Source of the DNA: Octopus vulgaris
Lineage: Eukaryota
DNA: 64,000 bases
Assembly (NCBI GenBank): GCA_951406725.2
Contig: OX597817.1
Coordinates: 67,456,001 to 67,520,000 of the forward strand
Direction of reading: 5' to 3'
Shown in pieces: positions 14,254 to 28,030 of this stretch. Numbering within the stretch: the first letter of the stretch is position 1; each line of letters opens with the position of its first letter. Position numbers and translations under genes: made by a program. The notes under the pieces are model-generated. The model had not been told where the DNA came from. It made no database searches and saw only the letters and a list, made by a program, of their open reading frames with translations.

Positions 14254-14257
<4 letters not shown>
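14085..14257 (+). mobile_element. (TA)n-anchored pLTR-like stub, family H1, with hammerhead-like motif at 14133-14167
   Basis: Same family as 25540-25780 (+) and 29358-29545 (-). Motif TTT CTGTAGA A GAGC-GTAG-GCTC GAAA CG TA AAA. Confidence 0.6.
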
Positions 14258-14296
<39 letters not shown>

Positions 14297-14302
<6 letters not shown>

Positions 14303-14416
14303 AAGGAGCTTCTACAGGACTAGAACTGTTTCATTCAAAAGAAATCATCAGGAAGAGCTTCCTGATGATTTCTTTTGAATGAAACAGTTCTAGTCCTGTA
14401 GAAGCTCCTTCTATAA
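14297..14416. repeat. Perfect 59-bp-arm fold-back between two (TA)n tracts, with a 3' tail to 14491
   Basis: Arms 14297-14355 and 14358-14416. The tail GGTTAACCCCGACTCAACCCGG.ACCTAC is shared with 29278-29306. Confidence 0.92.
14356..14406 (+). ncRNA. Type I hammerhead ribozyme (mirror copy on the minus strand at 14307-14355)
   Basis: Stem I AGCUUC/GAAGCU, canonical CUGAUGA, stem II UUC-UUUU-GAA, GAAA, stem III CAG-UUCUAGUC-CUG, predicted cleavage after GUA. Confidence 0.8.
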
Positions 14417-14488
14417 AATAAATTAATTTACTCTGCTATGTATTGAGTACCTTATTTACTGTGGTTAACCCCGACTCAACCCGGGACC

Positions 14489-14540
<52 letters not shown>

Positions 14541-15524
14541 CATACATTTGTTAACCTCTACAAATATTGCTGAAGTTTTGTCACTGAAAACCTAAAAATA
14601 TTCTAATGGTGAGTTACACTGGGGCGGGTACCTGTTATAATTGAACTACATGTAGCTCTTGCTATAAGGACTGAACAATTCTTTGGCTATTGAAGATACA
14701 AAATTCTATATAAATATCAGAGAACTAAGAGAATTTAATAATTATATATAATTAAAACTGTTTCGAGTATAGACATGTAAATTAAATAGATTAATTGTAT
14801 TATAAACCTGATATAAATAGATTTTCATTATATAATAGTTTACGCTAAGTTTATATTAGTTAATTAGGCGTGTATATCATATTCGTGATTGGAGAAAAAA
14901 GAACCTTTATAATAATATGAGTATTACTTAAAGGTTTGTCAGTAGGTTTAATAAACAGATTTGCACTAAAGTGTTCACCTTGAAAAAAGTGTTTACAACT
15001 ATCCATATGGTATTGTTACACACCATATTTTTTTCTACTTTCAACTACAAATATTGTTACAATATTCTCACATTTCAATAACATTAACTATACTATCTAT
15101 TGCTAGGATATTGACACGCATAAGACAATGTGCTAAGCAGGTAGATCGTTAGAGCATCGGTTAGAATGTCTTGCGTCTCGTAGTATTCATTCTGGCTTTC
15201 TTTGCTCTCTGTTCAAATCCCGCCGAGGTCAACTTTACTTTTACGAGGATCGTGCCCGACAAACACAAAAAAACCATATAATTTATTAGTCTAAACATAT
15301 GACGCATTCTCCCACTTCCACAAGTATTGTTAGCACATTCACACACTTCAGATGAGCACAAGATCTAGATTGTTCAGGGTATTCACATAATAGCATTTAT
15401 TAACCTTGAGCATTAGTATGCGTGTTTTTCAAAATGCATCTAATTCTTTTTCAAGAGAGAGATCTCTTAGTGTCAGTCTCAAACATAAAATGATAATAAT
15501 AATAATAATAATAATAATAATAGG

Positions 15525-15992
15525 TATAAAAGATGGGCTACAGCAAATATTCTGCTCAATACCACAGATTTGCTTGTCAGTTGTTTGACCTTAACCAGTT
15601 GAGCATGTCCCTTAGTGGCTGACGATATGTGCATCTCTGATCACGAGCAGAAGTAGTGGGGGAGCATCATAGCCATGTGTTGAGAGGGATTATTTGGGGT
15701 TTGAATAGTTCACCTCTGGAAACATGGGTGCTTCTTTCAACATCTTTAAACAACCCTTATACAGGGACCGTTTGAGCGGGATGGGCTACTCAACCTGAAG
15801 AAAATTCTAACTGGGCCCCACCTGCAGGTTATGTGCTGTTTATCTTGATATGAGATCACCATGTCGCGCACATATGGTTGTGATGCATGTGCCTGGTGTA
15901 CCTTTATCAGACGGGTAGTCATGATGGGTATATTGGGCTTCGTATATTTTACCCCAGTGTCACTTTGATGGCATGAACTGCTCTCTCACTCA
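15525..15992 (-). mobile_element. Non-coding (TAA)n-flanked interspersed repeat, family T
   Basis: Reverse complement aligns with 38980-39450; (TAA)n on both sides. Confidence 0.85.
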
Positions 15993-15997
15993 ATAAA

Positions 15998-16076
<79 letters not shown>

Positions 16077-16467
16077 GGCGCAGGAGTGGCTGTGTGGTAA
16101 GTAGCTTGTTTACCATCCACATGGTTCCGGGTTCAGTCCCACTGCGTGGCACCTTGGGCAAGTTTCTTCTGCTATAGCCTCGGGCCGACCAAAGCCTTGT
16201 GAGTGGATTTGGTAGACGGAAACTGAAAGAAGCCCGTCGTATATATGTATATATATGTGTGTGTGTTTGTATGTCTGTATTTGTCCCCCTAGCATTGCTT
16301 GACAACTGATGCTGGTGTGTTTATGTCCACGTTACTTAGCGGTTCGGCAAAAAGATACCGATAGAATAAGTACTGGGCTTACAAAGAATAAGTCCCGGGG
16401 TCGAGTTGCTCGATTAAAGGCGGTGCTCCAGCATGGCCGCAGTCAAATGACTGAAACAAGTAAAAGA

Positions 16468-16469
<2 letters not shown>
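16077..16469 (+). mobile_element. SINE family A, full length, inside (TAA)n
   Basis: Matches the family consensus. Confidence 0.92.
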
Positions 16470-16512
<43 letters not shown>

Positions 16513-16529
16513 TAATAATAAGATAAGAC

Positions 16530-17510
16530 ACTTACATACATACCTACAGTTTTCGAACACATAAACGATCAACTTTGAAACTTTTAATAACAACAACTTC
16601 TGTGAATATCTATCCTTTCCTTTCTCCCTGATTATTCGGAAATGTAAACAAACTCTTTATTCCAAGAACATTACAGTTTCCTCTATTCGGACAGATCATC
16701 TCCAGTAAATTTTAAAACTTTAATATCTACAATTCTCTGTAAAAATTTAACCTTCCTTTTCTTTCCTTTCATTTCTCCCTGAGTATTCGAAAATGTAAAC
16801 ATCCTTTCTATTGCAAAAACACTACAGTCTTCTCCGAACGGACATACAAACGAACATCTCAAAAAAAATGTAGAAACCTTAATATCTCCAATTTTGTGGG
16901 AACATTTTATCTTTCCTTTTTTTCCTGACTACCCGAATATGTAAACATGCCTTTCACTGTAACAACAAAATTAAATGCACGAAAAAAATAAACCAAAAAA
17001 TTAAAGCGGTAAGCAACTGCCAATATATACATACTGCACAACTACAAAAACTGTAAGCCACAGCAAAACGTTTAAAAAGAAAAGAAAAATTCCAAAAGAA
17101 AAAGAACTTCAGAAATTAAAAAATTCAACATCTCTTCCTCCTACTATTCCCACAGACTGGAATATCTACAATTTCCTGTGAATATTTTAAACCTCCCTCA
17201 AAATAATTTAGGGAACTTACATACCTATAGTTTTCGAACACATAAACGATCAGTTTAAATAAAAAAAAACTTTAATATCTACAACTTCTGTGAATACCTA
17301 TCCTTTCCTTTCTCCCTGCTTATTCGAAAATGTAAATATCCCTTTCATTGCAAAAACACTACTGCATTCTCCAACTGGATAGACAAACGAACATCTCAAG
17401 AAAACTTTAAAAGTTTAATATATAAAATTTTGTATTAAGCTTATCCCTGACTACCGAAATATGTAAACATACCTTTTATTGCAACAACACAATTGAATTC
17501 ACAAATTCAA
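16530..17510. repeat. Degenerate ~150-bp unit array with a higher-order duplication
   Basis: Recurring ACTTTAATATCTACAA..CCTTTCCTT..CCCTGA.TATTCG.AAATGTAAACA..ATTGCAA.AACAC near 16580, 16717, 16876, 17270 and 17410. TTTTCGAACACATAAACGATCA occurs at about 16550 and 17231. Confidence 0.7.
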
Positions 17511-17532
17511 AAATTCACGGACGTGAATATCA

Positions 17533-17578
<46 letters not shown>

Positions 17579-17589
17579 TGCCAACATGT

Positions 17590-20500
17590 TATTGAAAGGG
17601 CAGCTGCTGAACAAGAATCTTTTTTGTGCATGGCACAAACGATTGTACAGCAGCTAACCTGGCTCCATCAAACTCCAACTCGCAGATGGGACTATCCACA
17701 ATACACAAGACCGCCACAGCAAATAGACCCAAGGTGGACACCGCCGGCAACAGCATACACCTCACCTCGATGCTCCTGCTGAACATCAGAGGACTGCTAA
17801 CACTCAGTAACAGGACAAAAATCCCGTTCTTGAGACACTTTGTTGCATGCAATCAAGCCTTATGCATAGCACTTACGGAAACACACCTGAAGCCGGACAT
17901 AGCAGATGCGGAAATACACATACCACAGTATGTTGTACTACGGACCGACAGAAAAGAAAGGAGTCATGGAGGAGTTGCTATATACATCCGTGAGGACCTC
18001 ACACCCCAGGTCCTTTTGTCATACTCAAATTCGGTGTGTGACACACTAATTGTACATATAAGGCAACTTGGTGTAGTTATATGTGCTACATATCACCCTC
18101 CAGATGCCCCAAGCCATGTAGGCAAGTTTGAAGACTGCCTTATAAAAATAGAAGTTCTAGTCACATTAGAATAACACATAAGTGTACTTCTTATGGGAGA
18201 CTTCAATCTACCCAATGTCAGATGGCCCGAGGGCCTTTCTCTCCCAGGAATGACACGATGTGAACGAGCACAGGCGAGGTCCCTCCTGAACCTCATCAAC
18301 ACTCTGTACATGGAGCAAGTAATACTCCAACCAACCAGGGCAGGTAACATACTGGATCTCTGCTTCATAAATAATATGGATCTTATCCATAATGTGAAAG
18401 TGACACTGACACTACTCTCGGATCACAACATGGTAGAGCTGACCATGTAGGGCCAAAGGAAAGCATGGACATGCAGCCTACAAGAAACTCTCGGAATCTT
18501 TCCAGCTTGAACTTCCATAAGGCAAACTGGAAACAAATTGAGAAAGAGATCCTCAAACAAAACCGGCCTGAATGTCTATCCTCACCAGACATCGACATGA
18601 AACTTCAACAATTCATGTCTGTAATGCAAGCCATATGCTACAAATGTGTCCCAGCGAGAAAGGCCACTGTACACAAGAACAAAATCCCCAGAGAGAGGAA
18701 AATTCTAATGAGACGGCGTACAAAAGTTTCAAATCGCCTAAACAAACAAATTGAAAGCAGTGAAAAGTCCCGCCTGAAAATAAAACTGTTGGAAATTGAA
18801 AAATGTCTGCAACTCTCCCTTGAAAAAGAAAGAGCAGACAAAGAAGCCTGGGCTATAGACAACATAAAATCTAACCCCAGAGCTTTCTACAGGTATGCCA
18901 AAGAAACGGCTACGGTGCACTGTAGGATAGGGCCACTCCTTGAAAATGATGGCACACTCACAGGAAATCCATTGAGGATAAGTGAAATACTAAATGAGCA
19001 ATTCAAGAGTATTTTCACTCCACCCCTAGGGCATTTTCAAGTCAGCAATCCAACTGACTTCTTTACCACTGCAGATATAAAATCGGAGGCGTCAATGATT
19101 GATTACATCAATATAAAGGAAGACGATGTAATAAAGGCTATTGATGAAATGAAAACAAACTCAGCTACTGGCCCAGATGGATTCCCAGCAATCCTTCTAA
19201 AAGTATGTAAGAGAGTCCTAGCAAGACCACTGCAGTTCCTCTTTCAGAGCTTCCTTGCAACTGGCAAACTTCCAAGAAAATTGAAGGAAGGTAAAATATG
19301 CCCTATTCATAAAGGAGGTAGCAGAGCGGAGGCCAAGAACTACAGACCTATCTCTCTGACCTCACACATCAGCAAGGTCATGGAACGAATAGTCAGAAGG
19401 AAACTAATCACCTTCCTTGAAGAAAATGACTTGCTGCCTGACACCCAACATGGTTTCCGACCAGGAAGAAGCTGCTTAACTCAGCTCCTACAACACTATG
19501 ATTGGGTGCTGAAACGACTGCTCAACCACTCAAATGTGGAAGTCATATATCTCGACTTTGCAAAGGCCTTTGATAAAGTCGATCATGGAATGCTATGTCA
19601 CAAACTGCGTGATCTTGGCATAGTTGGAAAATTGGGAGAGTGGCTTCATGACTTTCTGAAGGATAGAAGTCAGGTGGTAGTTGCCAATTGGGCCACTTCC
19701 ACTAACACGCAAATAGTGAGCGGTGTTCCGCAGGGCACTGTTTTGGTACCACTACTGTTCATAATGGCCCTCTCAGACATGCCCTCAGCCACGCAGAGAG
19801 CCACGATCACAAGTTATGCAGATCATACAAAAGTTTCACAGGCAATACAGAACCCCGAAGACACTAATCACCTGCAATATGAGCTGGACAAAATATATAA
19901 GTGGGCTGAAAAGAATAGCATGTAGTTCAATGCTGAAAAGTTTCAAGCTCTATGCTATCAGCACGCAAAACTAAATGCAATACCCAATAAATACACTGGA
20001 CCTGGAGGGACTGAAATCCCAGAGGCACAATCAGTGTGAGACCTGGGTATTTACATGAGTGATGATGCAACCTTTCATGTGCATGTGTCTAAATTGGCAA
20101 TGAAATGTAGGCAGCTGACCGGATGGATTCTTAGAACCTTCAGAACAAGAGACCAGGAAACCATGATGGTCCTCTGGAGGACACTTGTCCTAAGCCACTT
20201 TGACTATTGCTCTCAGCTATGGTCACCATCCAGTGTCAAGTTAATCACAGAACTTGAGGCGATCCATCGAAGCTACACGAAGAAGATAGCCTCTGTGTAG
20301 CATATAAGCTATTGGGAAAGACTCAGGAGATTGAGACTCTATTCCTTAGAGCGTAGGCGAGAAAGATATGCCATAATATACATCTGGAAGATCCTAGAAG
20401 GACTTGTCCCAAACTTTGGCATCGAGAGTTACACAAATGCCAGAACTGGGCGCCACTGCATAGTGCCAAGGACTCCAAATTTGGAGATACTGTGATAGCC

Positions 20501-20795
20501 TGGGCTTCCGAGGCCCACAGCTCTTCAATATCCTCCCGAAGAACCTAAGAGACCTGCATGGGGTGGATGCAGATGTCTTTAAAATGAAACTGGATCTCTT
20601 CTTGTCAGGTATCCCAGATGAACCAACTTCACGACAGGAGGTGCAGATGAGGGCAGCTGCATCGAACTCTCTCATGCACCAAATGGCAATTGCTAAAAAG
20701 CATTCGTGCAGTAAAATCATGTAGCAACGCCAAATGGTGGTGCCCCAGAATGGCCACAGCTTGTGAGCTGAAACTAAATAAATAAATAAAAAAAT
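17590..20795 (+). mobile_element. CR1-like LINE ORF2 (APE endonuclease plus RT), inactivated by stops and frameshifts
   Basis: APE motifs LNIRGL, IALTETHL, GGVAIYIR, MGDFN, ILDL, SDHN. RT motifs GPDG, NYRPISLTS, QHGFR, YLDFAKAFDKV, SGVPQGTVL and YADH (YADD degraded). (TAAA)n tail at about 20775-20790. Confidence 0.92.
18465..19925 (+). pseudogene. Largest remaining RT reading frame of the CR1-like LINE (486 aa)
   Basis: From the ORF track. The catalytic YADD reads YADH and there is a premature TAG at 19923-19925. Confidence 0.85.
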
Positions 20796-21688
20796 ATCAT
20801 TGTTGTTGTCTCTACAAGTAATTACAAATAGAACAGGTTAAATTTCTTCTTCTCAAGGCCAAGGTTAGTGCTCTCAGTGGTTGCTAGTAGTAATAAACAC
20901 ATTTGACCACTGCTGACTCAAAGGGTGCGAAGATTCTTTTGTGTCTATGTCTGACCTCCCCACCAACTGCCGAATCTATTTTATAGACCTGTAGAATTTG
21001 ATCTATTCACCAAGCTGCTACTTACTCCCACCTAACGATTTCTTTCAACAACCACATATTTGTTATTATCTCAAGTACATGACAAAAGTTGAAAATAAAG
21101 AACATTTAATAAAATCTTTTAATTATAAATGGAATAATGATAATAACAGTGGTAGTGTTGGTGATGACGATAATGATGAAAATAAAAATAATGATAATAT
21201 TCTGCAGCTGCTAATACTACAAATACTACAACTACTACTATTCTGATAGCACAGGAATCTGAGGCCCAACTACCACTACTATCACTACCCCACCACTGCT
21301 ACTATTGCTGTTGCTGCTACCACAGCTGCTTCTACACATAGATACAACAATTACAAAAGTAAAGGAAAGAAAGGCAATAAATGACAACGATGATAGAAGA
21401 CTGAAGAAGAGTCTGTTCACCGAAGAAGATTACAAGGGAGCAATGGACTCTCTGGAAAGTCATTCTGCATGACAGAACATCGCTGAGGAAGGCCAGCTCA
21501 TATAGTGTAATTTTCTATGCGGCTGTCCATGTGAAGAACACTGGAAATTGGTGCCACCCCTGCCCTGCATGGGCCTGTGTAACCTTTGAGTCTGTTAATA
21601 CAACAATGACAAATAGGAAAAAAAAGGTCATAAATAAAAACAATAATACCAGTGATATCAGTGATAATAATAATAATAAGAAGAATAA

Positions 21689-21900
21689 TTTTCTACTCTA
21701 GGCACTGGGCCCGAAATTATTAGGCGGGGGGCGGTCGATTAGATCGACCCCATAACGCAACTAGTACTTCATTTATCGATCCCGACAGGATGAAAAGCAA
21801 AGTCGACCTCGATCAAATTTGAACTCAGAACGTAGCGGCAGACGAAAAATCGCTAAGCATTTCGCCCGGCATGCTAGCGTTTCTGCCAGCTCGCCGCCTT
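21689..21900 (-). mobile_element. SINE family B
   Basis: GGATGAAAAGCAAAGTCGACCTCG..GCCAGCTCGCCGCCTT. Confidence 0.85.
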
Positions 21901-21908
21901 ACATAATG

Positions 21909-21985
<77 letters not shown>

Positions 21986-22480
21986 TAGAAGAACAAGAAG
22001 AAGAAGAAAAAGAAGAGGAACAACAACAACAACAACAACAACAACAATTATTATTACAACCAGGTAACCGTAAAAAGTCTCAGGCAACAATATTTGAACT
22101 TATGATGTATTTTCATTTGTCAACACAATTGAAGGTTTAAAATTAGATCAGATGCAATATTTTTAATATTTATTTGATCTTATTTAATACCATGAATTAA
22201 AACACATTCACATAAATCTGGGCGGGGCGAAAAAAAAATTGCAATGATATGCGCAGAAGTTGGTGAGTTTATATTTGTAGAATGATACAAATGCACACAC
22301 ACGCATACACACTCTACACATACAAACGCAAACAGTCATACATATGAATGCATACGTAGTAATACACACAAATATAGATACGCAGACATGCATACATACG
22401 CATACAGACACATATATATATAAACATGTACGTATATATTCATGTATGAATGTATATGTATATGTTTGCCTATATGTGCA

Positions 22481-22851
<371 letters not shown>

Positions 22852-22963
22852 AATTTCAACAATTGAGGGTAAAATTAATTAATTATTAATTAATTTCACC
22901 AAGTGTTCAGTATGCAAAGGGACCATTTAAGGCGAATTCAAATTATTACAATATATAAAAGGG

Positions 22964-23256
22964 CTTAGTAAAATAAATTACTTTGCCGCATACTGAACTC
23001 ATTAGAAATAGCAGCTAAAAAACTTTTTTAAAAACCATTTCTAATACTTAAAGAAAATCTCTCTCGTATAGTGTTTGGTCAACTCAACTCACGAAAGTTT
23101 GGGGGTAAAGTTTACCCCCAAACTTTCGTGAGTTGAGTTGACCAAACACTATACGAGAGAGATTTTCTTTAAGTATTAGAAATGGTTTTTAAAAAAGTTT
23201 TTTAGCTGCTATTTCTAATGAGTTCAGTATGCGGCAAAGTAATTTATTTTACTAAG
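22964..23256. repeat. Perfect 146-bp-arm palindrome (1-nt centre at 23110) between (TA)n tracts, with an extra tail at 22852-22950
   Basis: ..TTTGGGGGTAAA G TTTACCCCCAAA..; pairing continues about 11 bp further past a 3-nt indel. Confidence 0.92.
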
Positions 23257-23296
23257 TTTTATATATTATATATGTATATATATATATATCTATATA

Positions 23297-23373
<77 letters not shown>

Positions 23374-23763
23374 GGAGTGGCTGTGTGGTAAGTAGCTTGC
23401 TAACCAACCACATGGTTCCGGGTTCAGTCCCACTGCGTGGCATCTTGGGCAAGTGTCTTCTGCTATAGCCCCGGGCCGACCAATGCCTTGTGAGTGGATT
23501 TGGTAGACGGAAACTGAAAGAAGCCTGTCGTATATATGTATATATATATATGTGTGTGTGTGTTTGTCCCCCTAGCATTGCTTGACAACCGATGCTGGTG
23601 TGTTTACGTCCCCGTCACTTAGCGGTTCGGCAAAAAGAGACCGATAGAATAAGTACTGGGCTTACAAAGAATAAGTCCCGGGGTTGATTTGCTCGACTAA
23701 AGGCGGTGCTCCAGCATGGCCGCAGTCAAATGACTGAAAGAAGTAAAAGAGTAAAAGAGTAAA
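23374..23763 (+). mobile_element. SINE family A
   Basis: Matches the family consensus. Confidence 0.9.
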
Positions 23764-25539
23764 GGGGAATATTCTTTGTGTTGTATGTCTTGTACTCTGT
23801 TTTTTTGTTGTTTAAAGAAAGTCTGTTTCCATGTTTTTTTATGTTTTCGTTTCTCATTGTGCTCTACGTTTTGTTCTTGTGTCCTGTACCCATATATGCA
23901 TGTATATATACGTATAGATGTAGGCATGTACATATATGTATGTATGTATGTATATGTAAATATGTGTATAAATGTGTTTGTGTCTGTGTGAGGCAAATGC
24001 GAATAAAGGTATATTAAATAGGATAAACGCTAAAATCATGATTTATCAAAACTATATTTGCTCCGACAAAGAGAGCACACAACTCTGAAATGACAGGGGA
24101 GATAATCTCACGAATCAAGAAATCCTATGATATGACATTTCATATGTAACAGGAGAATCTGCAGATGCGGGTAGGTTCCTAGCTTATCGTGCGTCATTAG
24201 CACAGCAGTTCTCCTACCTTACCTCCAGTAGACATAAGACATAGACATATACTGAAAGAATAGAGGTCAATTATAGTTTAGGTAATTTGCATAATTAGAA
24301 CGATAATGATTAATTTTTGATTTATTGAAACTTTTAGTTTTATGTCTTTATTCATCATTGTTGTTACTGTCCACGCTAAGTTGTTTCTCTTAGTTCATGT
24401 TCGTTCAATGTGTGTGTGTGTGTGAGAAAGAGAGAGAGAGAGAGATAGTTAGTGCGCATACATATCAAAAGGAATCAAAGGTCCTTCCCGTGCGGGTTTC
24501 CTGGATTCTGTAGCGTATGTATACTCCCACTAAACGAGATGCCGGTCTGTCCCATTTTTACTTTCTGGATGGACTGGAGTAACGTGAAATGAAGTATTTT
24601 ACACTGGAACACAATCCAGTCTAGGATACGAAACTGCTATCTTACGATCGTGAGTGTAACACCCTATCCACTAAGCTACGCGTCTCAACTGCACGTATAT
24701 ACATAGGTATATGCACGCATGTATGTATGCATGCATGCATGCATGTATGTATGTATGTATGTATGTATGTATGTATGTATGTATGTATGTATGTATGTAT
24801 GTATGCATGCATGCATGCATGCATGTATGCATGCATGTATGTATGTATGTATGTATGTATGTATGTATGTATGTATGTATGTATGTATGTATGTATGTGA
24901 ACGTTCAAAAGAGCGGACGTGTTTTTTTTTCGCTTTCTCTCACTCTTCTACTATTTTCTCTTTTCTAAAAAAAATTTCTCACAGCGTTCACTATTTTCTT
25001 CTCATTATGGTCAAACGACCCATCATGTTTGTTTCCGTTCGGTTTCCTTGTATGTCTCCACTGTCATGTTTTTGTTCCCAACTTTGACCCAACTTCGACC
25101 CTCCATTAATCCTAAATTATATTTTAGAATTTATGGGAGCAACTATCTTTGAAGATTCATATTGTCCCTTGAATGCTTCGAATGAGAAATAGATAGACAG
25201 CCGACAACTAATGACGGGTCCTTTCTCTGCGTTTACTTTTCCTGTTTTCCATTTTCCCCATTTACATATTTAACTCATTTGTTTACGCATTTCATGTTAT
25301 TTGCACCGTTGGTGACGTCCTGTACCTATATATGCATGTGTATGTATGTATGTATTTATATATCACACACACCCTTATACATACTAATACATACTAATAC
25401 ATACACCAACCCTATACATACACACGTCCAGACCTCTCATACGCACTAATACTCTCTCATACACACACACACACACCCTTATGTTGGAGCAGGTCATTCA
25501 ACCCTATTATCTCCCCTAATTTCGCTCTCGCGTCTCATG

Positions 25540-25877
<338 letters not shown>

Positions 25878-26028
25878 TATTTACTATTTATCACACATAC
25901 ATATATACATACGTACATACATACATACATACATACATACATACATACATACATACATACATACATACAAACATACATACATACATACATACATACATAC
26001 ATACAGAGAGAATGCGTGAGAGAGAGGG

Positions 26029-26096
<68 letters not shown>

Positions 26097-26424
26097 CAAT
26101 AATAGAAAATTGTCAAAGACAACAGCATAAGCTCGTGGAAATCCTCTTGCTTAAATCAGAGGATTTCAGTAATAACAGGGGGAAAGAAAACAATATTCGA
26201 ATAAGTAGTGCTAATCTACAAGTATCAAAAGCAGGCGTGTTCAAAACAAAATCTATAAAACATACACATCACATAAAATGACCAATAAACAAAATACGTA
26301 GCGAAAACTATCTTGACACTAACTGCCAGACATTAAAAAGCAGAAATTACAGTGACTCAAGAGCCGACAGTTTAGTTCACTGGTACCTATTAAATTTATC
26401 GAACATATATATTGTCATGTTTTG

Positions 26425-27205
26425 CAGTCAATGACACCTGTCTGTAGGTGTTATTATTAAAATTCAAAAAGTTGTTTTGGAGGATAAACTTAAGGCCCTC
26501 GATGATGAATTCTTTTTTTATTCTTTCCGGGACCTCATTGGGTCCCGGAATTTAATTCCTCAGAATTTAATGGCTTCCAGTCCATATTTATGTGGGATCG
26601 TAAGGTAAAGGTTTATTACATCAATGAAAATGTCTTTATTGGTATGTTTGTAGAGATAATTTAGTAGGTCCAGGTAATCTCTTACAATACTTGGTATGTG
26701 TTTAAGTATTGGTTTTAAGAGGATATCAATAAAGTTGCTTAATATGTGTGTTTCAAAGTTTGGGCCTGTCACAATTGGTCTCAGTTTGAGATCAGTGGGA
26801 TTAGGTACAGTGATGCAGGTTGAAGTGGACCTTTTGCAAGCTTCGGTAATAATTTTGCTCTTGTGGATTTTTGGAAGCCCATAGAGGATGCTGGTTTTGC
26901 AATTAACGTTTGTTATGTAGTCGCATTCCTTTGCTGTTAAGTCATTTCGATATTGGCAAATGAGTGCGTTTAATTTGGTCATTGTTTTTGATTGTTGGTA
27001 GTTGACTACTCTTTCATAGTAGGTAGTATCTTGTAAGAGGTGAGATACAGAGTTTTGTATTGTTCAGTATCCATAATGACGACAGTACTACCCTTACCTG
27101 CTTCCTTGATTGTGACGTCATGATTGTTTCGTAACTTATAGATGATTTCCCATTCCCTTTTACTGGTGTTGGGTTTGGGTTTAGGTTGTAGAAGTTCACT
27201 ATAAG
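26425..27205 (-). mobile_element. PLE reverse transcriptase N-terminal half, inverted relative to the downstream half
   Basis: ILYGLPKIHK, LKLRPIVTGP, FIDVINLYLTIP, EFIIEGLKFIL; homologous to 60100-60780. Confidence 0.85.
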
Positions 27206-27229
27206 GAAAGTTTGAAATGTAGTCACAAA

Positions 27230-28030
27230 ATTTTCCAAAGTTTTGTTTATTTTAATAATAACACCTACAGACAGGTATCAGGGACTGCAATGGGAACTAA
27301 AACTGCCCTTACTTATCCAAACCTGGTGATAGCCTACCTAGAATTACAAATTTATGAAGAATCCAAATACGGCCTGTCTTTCCACATATACCTGTTGGAG
27401 AATTGGAAACGCTACATCCTATGGTCCCACATACTCGACCAACTCATTGATTTCAAAAACTTAACAGTGTCAACAACCATATCCAATTTACAATGAAATA
27501 TAATCAAGACCAACTTCCTTTTCTTGACATTCTTATTATAAAAAAAAGGCTTCAACATTGAAACTGATATCCACTACAAGCCAACTGATTCCAAACAAAG
27601 CTCCTGTTCACCTCCAATCACCCAAAGCACACGAAGACATACATCCCCTTCAACCTAGCGAGAAGAATCTGTACAACTGTCCCAATTTATAGAACACTAA
27701 ATAAAAGACTCCAAGAACTAAAGGCGATTCTTCTCGAAAGACATCATTAGTTGACAATGGAATAGAACGGGCCAAGATAATTGCTACCCAAGACTTACGA
27801 AAACCGAAACACACTCCCGGTACATCAAATAGTCTACCATATCCCTCAACACACAATCCAAGAAATGCAGACGCTTACACAATTATATACAAGAACATCC
27901 CACAGCTGAGTCAAGACCCACATCTAAAAAAAGTACTCGCAACCCACAAAATAAAAAAAACAAAAGACAACCCAAATCCCTAAAAAACCTACTCCCCAAT
28001 GCAAAATTACCTAACACAAGCACACCGATA
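27230..28030 (+). mobile_element. PLE reverse transcriptase C-terminal half, degenerate
   Basis: YRQVSGTAMGT, QFTMKY..LPFLDILI, IHYKPTDS, IPFNLARRICT. Confidence 0.85.

Noticed and set aside
22870-23010. Hammerhead on the minus strand (CUAAUGA, long stem, GAAA UUAAUUAA UA)
   Set aside because: The core has G5A, there are 7 extra nucleotides before GAAA, and stem I does not close.
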